Notes: a model not told the origin generated them from the sequence alone. DNA of 26,896 nucleotides from an uncultured virus (IMG/VR IMGVR_UViG_2061766007_004337) (IMGVR_UViG_2061766007_004337); one strand, 5' to 3'. Shown: positions 7,763 through 17,409, counted from the stretch's first letter. Program-made: numbers and translations.

Positions 7763-8986
7763 CTATGTGTACATCATCCCCGGCATCCTCACCTTATCTC
7801 TTCCGTCACAGGGCATCTTTAGATCTCCCAAAAGCACAGCATAGGTTACGGCGCGCTTCCCGAAGCGGGCACGGAGGGCTTCGATCGTGTCGTCCAACTT
7901 CTCTCGCCGCTCATGCTTCTCATTGTCAACGAAAAAGGAAAGCTGCTCTGTCTCCGCTTTGGGTACGAGGTCTGTTGCCCGGATGCATACGGCTCTGACG
8001 TCTTTGTCCCACAGGTATCGCTCCTTGAAAAGGGCGAAGCCCGCCGCGGTGATTTCGCTCGGCGACTGTGTCCGAACCGGCAGCTTGCACTGCGCCTGCA
8101 TGCCGGAGAGGTCGTTTGTTCTGATCCAAATCTGGACGCCTCTGGCGGTGAGCCCGTGAAGGCGGAGCCTGTGGCCGACGTCCTGGGAGAGTTCAAACAT
8201 GACCTTATATACTTCCTCTTCATTTTTCAGATCGGCTGTGCAGGTGATCCCGTGGCCGACCGATTTGACAGGACTCACGAAATCCTTATGCATGACCCGC
8301 GACTGATCCGTTCCCGTAGCATACCGCCACAGCGCCAGACCGTTCACGCCGAACCAGGATCGCAGAAGCTCGGGCGGAGTTTCCGCGATCTGCCCAATCG
8401 TATGGATCCCATATTTTGAGAGCTTTGCCTCCGTCGCCGGCCCGACGTAGATCATGTCGGAAGCAGGGAGGGGCCATACCTTTTCCCGATAATTCTCCCG
8501 GGTAAACTCTGTCGTGGCATCCGGCTTTTTGTAGTCACTGCCCAGCTTTGCAAAGATCTTATTGAAGGAAACACCTACGGAAACTGTCAGGCCGAGCTCC
8601 TCGCGAGTGGCAGCGCGGATCTCCTCGGCGATCTTCTTTCCGGAACCGAACTGGTATTTTGAAGCGGTCACGTCGAGCCAGCACTCATCCATGCCGTAGG
8701 GCTCAACCATGTCGGTGTATCGGTAATAGATCTCGTGAGCCAGCCTGGAATACTTCAGGTACTCGTCATACTGGGGCGGGACCACGACCAGATCGGGGCA
8801 TCTCTGCCGCGCCTCCCAGTTGACCATCCCCGTCTTGACACCGGCCTTCTTTGCCAGCTGCGACTTGGCCAGGACGATCCCGTGACGGTTCTCCGTCGAC
8901 CCGCATACCGCGACAGGTTTTCCGCGGAGGCTTGGGTCAAGCATCATCTCGACCGAGGCATAGAAAGAGTTCATATCGCTATGCAA
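7763..8986 (-). CDS. dinB: Y-family DNA polymerase (DinB/UmuC-like), near complete (variant B)
   Basis: LHSDMNSFYASVE, AKKAGVKTGM, GMDECWLD, SVGVSFNKIFAKLGSDYKKPD, C-terminal QLSFF; only the first few codons fall in the gap. Confidence 0.95.
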   Translation of the reverse strand: MHSDMNSFYASVEMMLDPSLRGKPVAVCGSTENRHGIVLAKSQLAKKAGVKTGMVNWEARQRCPDLVVVPPQYDEYLKYSRLAHEIYYRYTDMVEPYGMDECWLDVTASKYQFGSGKKIAEEIRAATREELGLTVSVGVSFNKIFAKLGSDYKKPDATTEFTRENYREKVWPLPASDMIYVGPATEAKLSKYGIHTIGQIAETPPELLRSWFGVNGLALWRYATGTDQSRVMHKDFVSPVKSVGHGITCTADLKNEEEVYKVMFELSQDVGHRLRLHGLTARGVQIWIRTNDLSGMQAQCKLPVRTQSPSEITAAGFALFKERYLWDKDVRAVCIRATDLVPKAETEQLSFFVDNEKHERREKLDDTIEALRARFGKRAVTYAVLLGDLKMPCDGRDKVRMPGMMYT

Positions 8987-8996
8987 NNNNNNNNNN

Positions 8997-9968
8997 AGCG
9001 AAGCCTGCCGCTGTGATCTCGCTCGGCGACTGTGTTCGAACCGGCAGCTTGCACTGCGCCTGCATGCCGGAGAGGTCATTTGTTCTGATCCAAATCTGGA
9101 CGCCCCTGGCGGTGAGCCCATGAAGGCGGAGCCTGTGCCCGACGTCCTGGGAGAGTTCGAACATGACCTTATATACTTCCTCTTCATTTTTCAGGTCGGC
9201 TGTGCAGGTGATCCCGTGGCCGACCGATTTGACAGGGCTCACGAAGTCCTTATGCATGACGCGCGACTGATCTGTTCCCGTGGCATACCGCCAGAGCGCC
9301 AGACCGTTCACGCCGAACCAGGACCGCAGAAGCTCGGGCGGCGTTTCCGCGACCTGCCCGATCGTATGGATCCCGTATTTTGCGAGTTTCGCCTCTGTCG
9401 CCGGCCCGACGTAGATCATGTCGGAAGCAGGAAGGGGCCATACCTTTTCCCGGAAATTCTCCCGGGTAAACTCTGTCGTGGCATCAGGCTTCTTGTAGTC
9501 GCTGCCCAGCTTTGCAAAAATCTTGTTGAAGGAAACGCCTACGGAAACTGTCAGGCCGAGCTCCTCGCGAGTGGCAGCGCGGATCTCCTCGGCGATCTTC
9601 TTTCCAGAACCGAACTGGTATTCTGAAGCGGTCACATCGAGCCAGCACTCATCCATGCCAAAGGGCTCCACCATGTCGGTGTATCGGTAATAGATTTCGT
9701 GAGCAAGTTTGGAGTACTTGAGATATTCATCATACTGGGGAGGGATTACGACCAAATCGGGGCATCTCTGCCGCGCTTCCCAGTTGACCATACCCGTTTT
9801 GACTCCGGCCTTCTTTGCCAGTTGAGACTTGGCCAGGACGATCCCGTGACGGTTCTCCGTCGATCCGCATACAGCGACAGGCTTTCCGCGGAGGCTTGGA
9901 TCAAGCATCATCTCGACCGAGGCATAGAAAGAGTTCATATCGCTATGCAAAATCACTCTGTCTTCCAA
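8997..9968 (-). CDS. dinB: Y-family DNA polymerase, N-terminal part (other variant)
   Basis: Probable TTG start at 9968 after GGAGG (LEDRVILHSDMNSF...); mostly synonymous differences from 7763-8986. Confidence 0.92.
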
Positions 9969-10123
9969 AACTTCATCAACCTCCCGGATTATTTTTGATT
10001 TTCCTATTGACAAAATGAAGCAGCCAATGTATATTTGCCTTAGAAACTTCATTTTCGGTTCATCGAAAGCATAACAGCAAGATAAACTCTTGTCAATACC
10101 TGAAATGAATTTGATGAAGTTTT
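9967..10123. promoter_or_regulatory. face-to-face promoters and repeated operator motif between dinB and the XRE gene
   Basis: Plus strand: TTGACA(10007)-17-TATATT(10030). Minus strand: TTGACA(10096)-17-TATGCT(10073) with a TGn extension. Motif CTTCAT/ATGAAG recurs; perfect 13-bp inverted repeat at 9967-9979 and 10111-10123. Confidence 0.75.
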
Positions 10124-10148
10124 GAAATTTTTGAAAGGAAGAAACGCC

Positions 10149-10491
10149 ATGACGTTTTCCGACAAAATCAAAAGGTCGAGAGAAATTGTCGGCCTGACAC
10201 AGCAGGAACTCGCGGATGCCGTGGGCATTTCCAAGCGCGCTGTTGCNNNNNNNNNNCTGCACTGACCCGCTGGCAGATATCGAAAAGGATGACTACGTGG
10301 AAGAGGCCCGCCAGATGTACGGTTATATTGGCGCCCGTGATGTGGACCGCCTTCTGCAGGACAATGCCGCCCTCTTTGCCGGCGGTGAGCTCTCCCAAGA
10401 GCAGAAGGACGCCTTCTTTGAAGCGGTGATGAAAGCGTACATCACCTGCAAGGAAGAGGCCCGCGCTAAGTTCGGCCGCAAGAAGGAGTAA
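10149..10491 (+). CDS. XRE-family (ImmR-like) repressor, spans one N gap
   Basis: MTFSDKIKRSREIVGLTQQELADAVGISKRAVA...[gap]...AKFGRKKE*; the missing middle is supplied by the 10668-11048 copy. Confidence 0.88.
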
Positions 10492-10511
10492 ACTTCCGGC
10501 TGGCTGAACGT

Positions 10512-10544
10512 GTCAGTATTTTTGTACAGGGTAGAGTGTATATT
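10512..10544 (+). promoter_or_regulatory. putative promoter downstream of the XRE gene (for immA)
   Basis: GTCAG-N6-TGTAC-N11-TATATT followed by GGAGG; the same elements are conserved in the inverted copy at about 10615-10647. Confidence 0.5.
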
Positions 10545-10667
10545 GTACATGGAGGCTGGGAGAGGATCCGTCACCCCGGTCTACTCTACAATACTGCCAN
10601 NNNNNNNNNCCTACAATATACGCTCCACCATGTACAAAAAAACTGACACGTTCAGCCCGCAGAGGGT

Positions 10668-11048
10668 TTACTCTTTCTTGCGGCCGAACTTAGCGCGGGC
10701 CTCTTCCTTGCAGGTGATGTACGCTTTCATCACCGCCTCAAAGAAGGCGTCCTTCTGCTCCTGAGACAGTTCGCCGCCGGCAAAGAGGGCTGCGTTGTCC
10801 TGCAGAAGGCGATCCACATCACGGGCTCCGGTATAACCGTACATCTGACGGGCCTCTTCCACGTAGTCATCCTTTTCGATATCGGCCAGCGGGTCAGTGC
10901 AGGTGTCGTCAAGCAGATAGGTAACGGAAACCTTCAGCGCCTTCGCCAGCTTTACGATCGTTCCTCTTCTGGCCTTGGCATCCTCTGATTCGTATGCGGC
11001 AACAGCGCGCTTGGAAATGCCCACGGCATCCGCGAGTTCCTGCTGTGT
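10668..11048 (-). CDS. XRE-family repressor, second variant (5' truncated, opposite orientation)
   Basis: TQQELADAVGISKRAVAAYESEDAKARRGTIVKLAKALKVSVTYLL...; C-terminus nearly identical to 10257-10491. Confidence 0.85.
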   Translation of the reverse strand, partial: TQQELADAVGISKRAVAAYESEDAKARRGTIVKLAKALKVSVTYLLDDTCTDPLADIEKDDYVEEARQMYGYTGARDVDRLLQDNAALFAGGELSQEQKDAFFEAVMKAYITCKEEARAKFGRKKE

Positions 11049-11071
11049 NNNNNNNNNNGGAGGGTTTGAGA

Positions 11072-11418
11072 TTGTCCTACACTGAAATTTGCAGGGCGGT
11101 CGAGGACGTACAGAAGAAGTACAATGAGCGTGATCCCTTCAAGCTTTGCAGGCTTATGGGTATCATCCTCATCTTCCAGTCATTAGGAACCGCCCCGGAT
11201 GCGATCAAAGGTTTTTTCCTTGAGAGCAAGCGTATCCGCACTATTACCGTCAATAGCGATTTACCCAGAGCGATTCAAAAAATCATTGTGGCTCATGAGC
11301 TTGGGCATGCCATCCTGCACCGCCGCAGCGGCATTGCCGCCTTCCATGAAATCGGTCTTTTTGATTCGAGTTCCAAAATGGAAAAGGACGCCAACCTTTT
11401 CGCCGCAGAGTATCTGCT
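11072..11418 (+). CDS. ImmA/IrrE-family (DUF955) metallopeptidase, 3' truncated
   Basis: GGAGG plus TTG start; ERDPFKLC, AHELGHAILH (HExxH), EKDANLFAAEYL. Confidence 0.92.
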
Positions 11419-11428
11419 NNNNNNNNNN

Positions 11429-11539
11429 TACCTCGTTCTCAACGGCAATCGTATCAATCGCTATCATGCTGCCATCGGTGAATTTCAGTTCCACACAGCA
11501 GTTATCCATATTGTAGGCACAAGATATTAAGGTTTTCAT
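11429..11539 (-). CDS. small mobile-element protein resembling DUF6061, N-terminal fragment
   Basis: GGAGG RBS; MKTLISCAYNMDNCCVELKFTDGSMIAIDTIAVENEV; family assignment from recall only. Confidence 0.55.
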
Positions 11540-11636
11540 GGTATTTCCTCCATAATTCGTGATATAAAGAGAAAATCCCGTCTGACTTCCTGTTANNNNN
11601 NNNNNNNNNNNNNNNNNNNNNNNNNNNNTACCGTCA

Positions 11637-11682
11637 GCTAACAGTTGATAAGTACGTTAGTTCCTTATCACTGTTAAGCCAA
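11637..11682. repeat. imperfect palindrome / putative recombination site, repeated at 14004-14038
   Basis: Arms GCTAACAGTTGATAAG and CTTATCACTGTTAAGC around an 11-nt spacer; 11648-11682 matches 14004-14038 at 33 of 35 nt. Confidence 0.6.
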
Positions 11683-11701
11683 GCGCCTGCGGGATTTCTC
11701 T

Positions 11702-11802
11702 TGACCCCATCTGGTTAACATAATTCGATGTTCGGCCCCATACCCTATCTACTTGACCCCACTTTGGCATGAGGCTGACCCCACTTTTCTGGGATGGGGT
11801 CA
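11702..11802. repeat. TGACCCCA iteron-like repeats
   Basis: Direct copies at 11702, 11754 and 11776 (the last two 22 bp apart); inverted copy at 11796-11802. Confidence 0.55.
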
Positions 11803-13472
11803 CTGTATCAAAATCAGGGTTATTTGCCAGAAAAAAAGGTGACGATTACATCAAGTTCCTGCTACGTAAATTCTCCCATAAGTCCATTTTTGAAAGCGTA
11901 TACGCATCCGCGGCTGATGCGGGTGATATGATTGACGGTTCGGAGCCGGATGATGATGAAGAGCCTGAACTTGAAGCAGAGCCAATCGAAACTGCCTCTG
12001 GAGAGTTTCTTAGACCTGTTGAAATCGCGGACTATGTCAACAGCTTAAACGAAACAGCTGAATACTGGTACTATACGTTCTACCCTGAAGAGTGCAGCGG
12101 GCTCAGCATGGAAGAAAAGATTTGGCTTGGAAGGCTGAACCGTATTGGAATCGGATATTTCAGACCCATTGTCGCGGTTTCTCTGATTCCCGATGTGGGG
12201 GTTTCCAAGGCAGAGCGAGTTGCCTTTTTCAGAGCGGTCGAGCGGTTTATCTTCATTAATTTCCGAATGGCTATGTATCAGTCCAGCTATTTGAGCAGCG
12301 ACTACTACAGAAAGACTCGGGAACTGTATCGACAGGAAATCACCATTCCGGAAATCACCGAAGCGTTGAACAGCAAAACTGACCAGAACGCTCCCGATGC
12401 GATCAAGGTCTTTGTCACAAGAATGAACCGCAGGTTCATTTCTGCGGATGGTTTTTATAGCTGGCGAGATCTGAGGTATTTCCTTTACGAATACGAATTT
12501 ACGCTTGCCGAAAAGCACAAAATTGAAAAGCTGGACTGGGCAGTGCTCACGAAGGTTGTCAAAGACAGACTAACCGTCGAGCACATTCTTCCGCAGACGC
12601 CGACGAAACTTTACTGGCGCAACCAGTTTAGACAGTTCACAGCAGAGGAGATAAAAACACTATCAGCTTCTCTGGGCAATCTTTTGCCATTATCCCAAAG
12701 CATCAATTCCGGGCTTCAGAATGACAGCTTTGATGACAAGAAAACTCGCGGGTATTCAAATGGATGTCATTCTGAGATTGAGGTTTCAAAAGAGCCCAAC
12801 TGGGATGCTCAGCACATTTATGAGCGCGGTATGAAGCTCCTCAGGTTCATGGAACAGCGTTGGGGATTCATGTTTGAAAACGAAGATCAAATGGAGGAAC
12901 TCCTTCATATCAGTTTCGTTAACGATGGGCGGGAGATACCGGAAGAGATTCTTAAAGAAGCAACTCCGGAGACCACCCCCGACATAGAGAAAAACAGAGC
13001 AATACCGCAGGACATAAGGCTGAAGTATTGGACATACGCCCTTCCTCTAATCAGAGAAGCGCATGGTGGATCAGGTCACCCGTACGGCAACGTAAACCCA
13101 AGTAATTCAAATTACAAAGACGGATTCTTTGGTATCCCGGGTATCCATCTTTACTGTTCGGTAAGGATGAAGCCAAAAGGTTGTGGGGCTAGCCTGTGGA
13201 TAGATACTGGCAAGCAAGAAACCAGTAAAGCGATGTTTGACCTTTTATACGCTCGAAAGGATACGATTGAACGTAAGATGTCGATGCCCTTAATCTGGAA
13301 CAGGAACAATGACAGCAGGGCATGCAGCATCAATATCACATTGGATGGGGCAGACTTTACAAGTGAAGCTGAATGGCCAGAAATTGCGGCGTTCCACGCG
13401 AGTATGACAAAAGAGCTTGCGGACAATGTCGTCTATCCGTATGAGGAAGCAATCCGAGCTATAATCCGGTGA
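11769..13472 (+). pseudogene. GmrSD-like (DUF262-DUF1524-DUF4268) restriction endonuclease lacking its N-terminal domain
   Basis: HNH/DUF1524 motif LTVEHILPQ...LGNLLPLSQSINSGLQN; DUF4268-like C-terminus; no DGQQR (DUF262) motif; the first ~20 codons run through the repeat region. Confidence 0.72.
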
Positions 13473-13504
13473 TGACACGATAATCGAAAACAAACGGATA
13501 TAGC

Positions 13505-13530
13505 AAAAATGGCAGGGAAAACTCCCTGCC
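13505..13530. terminator. hairpin downstream of the GmrSD-like gene
   Basis: GGCAGGGA-AAAC-TCCCTGCC preceded by an A-run; right side cut by the gap. Confidence 0.65.
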
Positions 13531-13540
13531 NNNNNNNNNN

Positions 13541-13992
13541 CGCCGCCGGCATACACGTAGTGGTCACCGCCCATGCCAAGATGCGGAAGTTTGAGCAGCC
13601 CGATGAGATGGGCGCCTATGACCGCTGGGAAATGAAGCTGAGCAAGCAGACGGCGCCGCTGCTGAAGGAATGGTGCGACATGCTGCTCTTCTGCAACTAC
13701 CAGACTTTCGTGGTCACCGCGGATAACGACACGAAAAAGGCTCAGGGCGGAAAGCGCGTCATNNNNNNNNNNCCATCCCGCCTGGGACGCCAAGACCCGT
13801 GTCACTCTGCCGGAGATCCTCGACCTGGATTACAGCAAGATCGCGTTCGCCTTCGAGTCTCCCAAAAAGACCGAACCGCCTGCTACACCTTCCCCGGAGC
13901 CGGAGGATTACTCGCCCTATGACCGGCTGAAAATGCTCATGGCCGAGAGCGGAGTCACCGAGGACGAGGTCCGGGAGGTCGTGGTTTCCAAA
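13541..13992 (+). CDS. AAA_24 ATPase, central and C-terminal fragments (further variant, one N gap)
   Basis: HVVVTAHAKMRKFEQPDEMGAYDRWEMKL...KEWCDMLLFCNY, then HPAWDAKTR...MAESGVTEDEVREVV. Confidence 0.85.
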
Positions 13993-14045
13993 NNNNNNNN
14001 NNAATAAGTAAATTAGTTCCTTATCACTGTTAAGCCAACGTTTTT

Positions 14046-14430
14046 CAGATTTTCAGTCCCATCTATACAGATTTCAGTCCCGCCTTTAAAAAACGTTGTA
14101 TACGTTTATACATAAGGCATCAAATGCATTTTAGTCCCGGTAGTCCCAGTTTCTCTCAAGCCTTTATATATAGAGAGAATACTATTCTTTTCCGGATCAC
14201 TATGTACCCATATCTACAGTAAAAGAATTCCATATTATTAGATTATATAATTACTTCTATTTTGGGACTATTTTCTTTATATAGAATATTAAAAACCTTA
14301 TTATATAAGGGTTTATAAGGATTATATAAGAAAAAAAGCAATCCCGTTTTTACAGATTTCAGTCCCAGTATTGGTGATGTCAATCCCAAATTCATGTAAT
14401 TCAGTCCCGGTTTCAGCGATTTTGATCCCA
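14046..14430. repeat. iteron-containing putative replication origin
   Basis: TCCC cores at 14342, 14363, 14384, 14405 and 14426 (exact 21-bp period) and at 14057/14078; consensus CAGATTTCAGTCCC; they flank an AT-rich tract at about 14220-14340; located downstream of the helicase gene. Confidence 0.7.
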
Positions 14431-14600
14431 GTCTGGTTTTGTCCAACTAAAACATTCACTTCACCCTTTCCTTCATTCTGTAGACCCAGTCCACGAGCAC
14501 ACCGGCTATACCCACGCGCGGCCCGGCGCGGGGCAGAAAAAAAGCGCCCGCCATCTCGGCGAGCGCTCGCNNNNNNNNNNNNNNNNNNNNNNNNNNNNNN

Positions 14601-16995
14601 TTGATCCGTTTCCGCATTATTGCTCACCAGTTCAATCCGTTTCGCCTCTGCCTGTCTTGTAGCTTCAACTACCACATTAGACTGACTTCGACCCAGATCC
14701 AAATACGCACTCCGAGAATCTTCTCGGGTTTGCTTTCCGCTTGTAGTCTCTTCGTATCCAATAATCCGGCTCTTAACCTCTACAAAATGCCTGAACCGTA
14801 CACTAACCGCGAGCATATCACATACGCCCAGCACGGGGCCTTTAAGAGTATACGCGACATGAATGTACTTTGGCTTTTCGCCCTTACGATTTAATCCATA
14901 CTGTTTAATCGCCGGATGTAGCCGGTGTGTCAAAAGACCGATTTCACTGACTTGTATAATATTTCCTGTCTCGTAATCAATGACATCATACTCGGCCTTG
15001 CAATTTAGTTTTCTTCGACCCTCAACATAATCATACTCAGTGCGATGCTTCCGGATCCACATCTGCAGGTTTGCTTCAAATTTCGATAACGTCATTTCAG
15101 TTACCTTGTAATCGAAACCATTATCTGTGGCCCAGTTCCTGTAAAGTTCAAAAAGCACGGGTGTTGGGATNNNNNNNNNNNNNNNNATCCATTACTTCAT
15201 TCAGGAATTGCAAAGCGGGAATATTGGCCTCACGAATATCCTCTGTATTATGCTCAACAAGTGCAAGAAGCTCCTTTGGATAATCCTCGTACCATTCCAT
15301 CTGCGTCATCAGATAAGAAGCAAGATATTCCCATGTCTCTTCACAGGCTGTAAAGTAAGTCTTGATCCTGGGATCGCCCTTTGCCCCGCTGAAATCCTTT
15401 TCAAAAGCAAGGTCAATCCGGTGCGTAAAAGACGCGCCATCTTTTGTGGACAGCATGGTTTCCTCATTCTGCAGATGCAGGAGCGTCCCATCAAACACGT
15501 AAGAGAACGGTTCATGATACATCGGTCGAAGCTGTACGGACTGATGTCTGCATAGGTTCTTCAGGAAACCGGTTTCTTCGACGACTTTCTTTCCGGAAAC
15601 CTCATCCGAAAACAAAATCCAGGCGCACATAATATTACTTGCCAGTTGAAAATCCTTGCCCCATTTATCAATAGGAACCTTTTCCACTTTGTGTCCGTTC
15701 TGGAAGAAGACCTTCTTATCCTTCCGGCGCGAATATGCCTCGTTTGCGGAATGACTGATCATTCCGACCAGCATATCGGCCAACGTAGATTTTCCATTCT
15801 TTCCATCAGCAACACCGGACTTGTTGATAAAGTTCATCAGATTACCTTCAAGGCCCAGATATCGGCGCAGCATGAACTGCGCGAAGATCATGACCAACTG
15901 GTAGGAAGCGTTTCCCTCCGGTGTATCCTCGAACAGAGATCGAATAAACGTGACCGGATCAAAATCCGCCAAAGGCGCAGGAAACCACCTGAAGCAAGTG
16001 TCCATCTTGTTCAACCAATATATATGGCCATAAGTTGATTCATACATCGGATCAGTATATTCCATGAAAGTCTTCTCTCTTCCGTTATAAACCCCGTTAT
16101 AGAATGGAACCAGATCCGGATCCCAACCTACTTCGACAAGAAAATTCTTGTTCTTCTGGTCATTCGTCAGTTCGCTGCGCAACGCATTTACCGTCTGTGC
16201 CATGACATGCATCGGAGCATCCCCGCCAATCAACTCATTTACAAACGTGTTCAAGACACCATAAAAACCCTCTTTATTGATATCCGGTATCAGTTCCCAG
16301 ATGCCTGAAAAAGATCCGTCCTCGTTATAATGCTTCACAATAATCCGATAATGATCCGCATTCAGTTTCATTACACGAACTGCGCCTGTACTCAAAATGA
16401 GCTTTACTGCCACGCTTGGAGGCAGCATATTTGGAACTGGGTATAGTTTAGCAGTTTTATCATTTTGCCGCATTCCCGCATTATGTGTACTTAAATCACT
16501 TTGGATGGTCGATAAAAGATCATCACTGATTTTAGCACCGTCTGCTAATAGTTGCTTAACTGTAAACGGTCCATTTTGCCGAATATAATTATCCACAACT
16601 GCATTTGTGATTTCCCGTACATTGGCTCTGTATTGTTTTATTGAGATTTTTGGCGCTGACATCGGCACCACATTGACAATAGCACTTGGATTGCCAGAAT
16701 CTGTTCCATCGACAGATGCAATAATATTGCCTTTATCATCCACTGGTGGGTCCTCTTCAGGTGTTTGATCATAGTAATACCCCGGATCATCACCCTGTGT
16801 TGTTCCACAAGTGGGCATACCCGTAGCATCAGCATTTTCCATCATATTACTGGACACATTGTCCTCGCTATCTTGATTTTCAATGCTTTCTTGAGGTACA
16901 ATACACGTGTGAGGAGTGCTGTCTTCGACAGCGTTCGGCGCGGAGTCATCTGGCAGGATGACCGCGCTCTTTTCTTTATCACTCAAATTCAACAT
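14601..16995 (-). CDS. D5/P4-type SF3 helicase (DUF5906-like) replication protein; one internal gap, 3' end unresolved
   Basis: AAGGAG plus ATG at 16995; LVPFYNGVY (D5_N-like), Walker A DGKNGKST, Walker B ILFSDE, motif C LHLQN, C-terminal LFELYRNW winged-helix-like segment. Confidence 0.8.
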
Positions 16996-17188
16996 TCTTT
17001 CGATACTCCTTTCGGGCTTCTGCCGCCCAGCCATAGACAGTTGAGCGGGCAACGCCATATATTCTTGCAATTTCTGGAACCGGGTACATGAAATACAATT
17101 TAGCTAATGTCCAGTTGTCCGGACGATTGCTGGGTCTACCTCGTTTCCGATAAGGAACCACGACATACTTTTTGACTTCTTCTTGCAT
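16979..17188 (-). CDS. small HTH DNA-binding protein
   Basis: RGRP motif then PVPEIARIYGVARSTVYGW; overlaps the helicase start. Confidence 0.78.
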   Translation of the reverse strand: MQEEVKKYVVVPYRKRGRPSNRPDNWTLAKLYFMYPVPEIARIYGVARSTVYGWAAEARKEYRKNVEFE

Positions 17189-17253
17189 TTGATACCACAA
17201 CCCTTCTTGTATAAAATTCTACATTTTTCTACATTTCCGCCCAAAAACACGAA

Positions 17254-17373
17254 ACGGCGAACAGAGCATTGTCGGCCTATATACCGACGCTCTGTCCACC
17301 GTATAGTCCATGGACGGAGGCGAGGCTATCCCTCGCACAATTATATTTTACCAAAAATACTATAGGAAATCAA
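17254..17373 (-). promoter_or_regulatory. promoter and leader hairpin of the HTH-helicase operon
   Basis: TTGATT(17373)-17-TAAAAT(17350) with TGn; hairpin 17254-17302 (14-bp plus 5-bp stems, G-U pairs on the minus strand) followed by UUCGUGUUUUU. Confidence 0.65.
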
Positions 17374-17409
17374 TGATCTCGCACCATTTTCTGGAAATTT
17401 CAGCTACAT

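Noticed and set aside
6053..9968. Tandem array of three dinB genes, and a small-protein/dinB fusion
   Set aside because: Partial copies end at N gaps and differ mostly synonymously; best explained as strain variants.
9969..10148. LexA (Cheo) box upstream of dinB
   Set aside because: No GAAC-N4-GTTC match found by eye.
10257..11048. Inverted duplicate XRE genes suggesting an invertible switch
   Set aside because: The copies are separated and bounded by N gaps with no flanking invertase sites; likely a mis-oriented variant contig.
14046..14430. CRISPR array
   Set aside because: The repeats are short, degenerate and 21-bp phased with no unique spacers, and no cas genes are visible.
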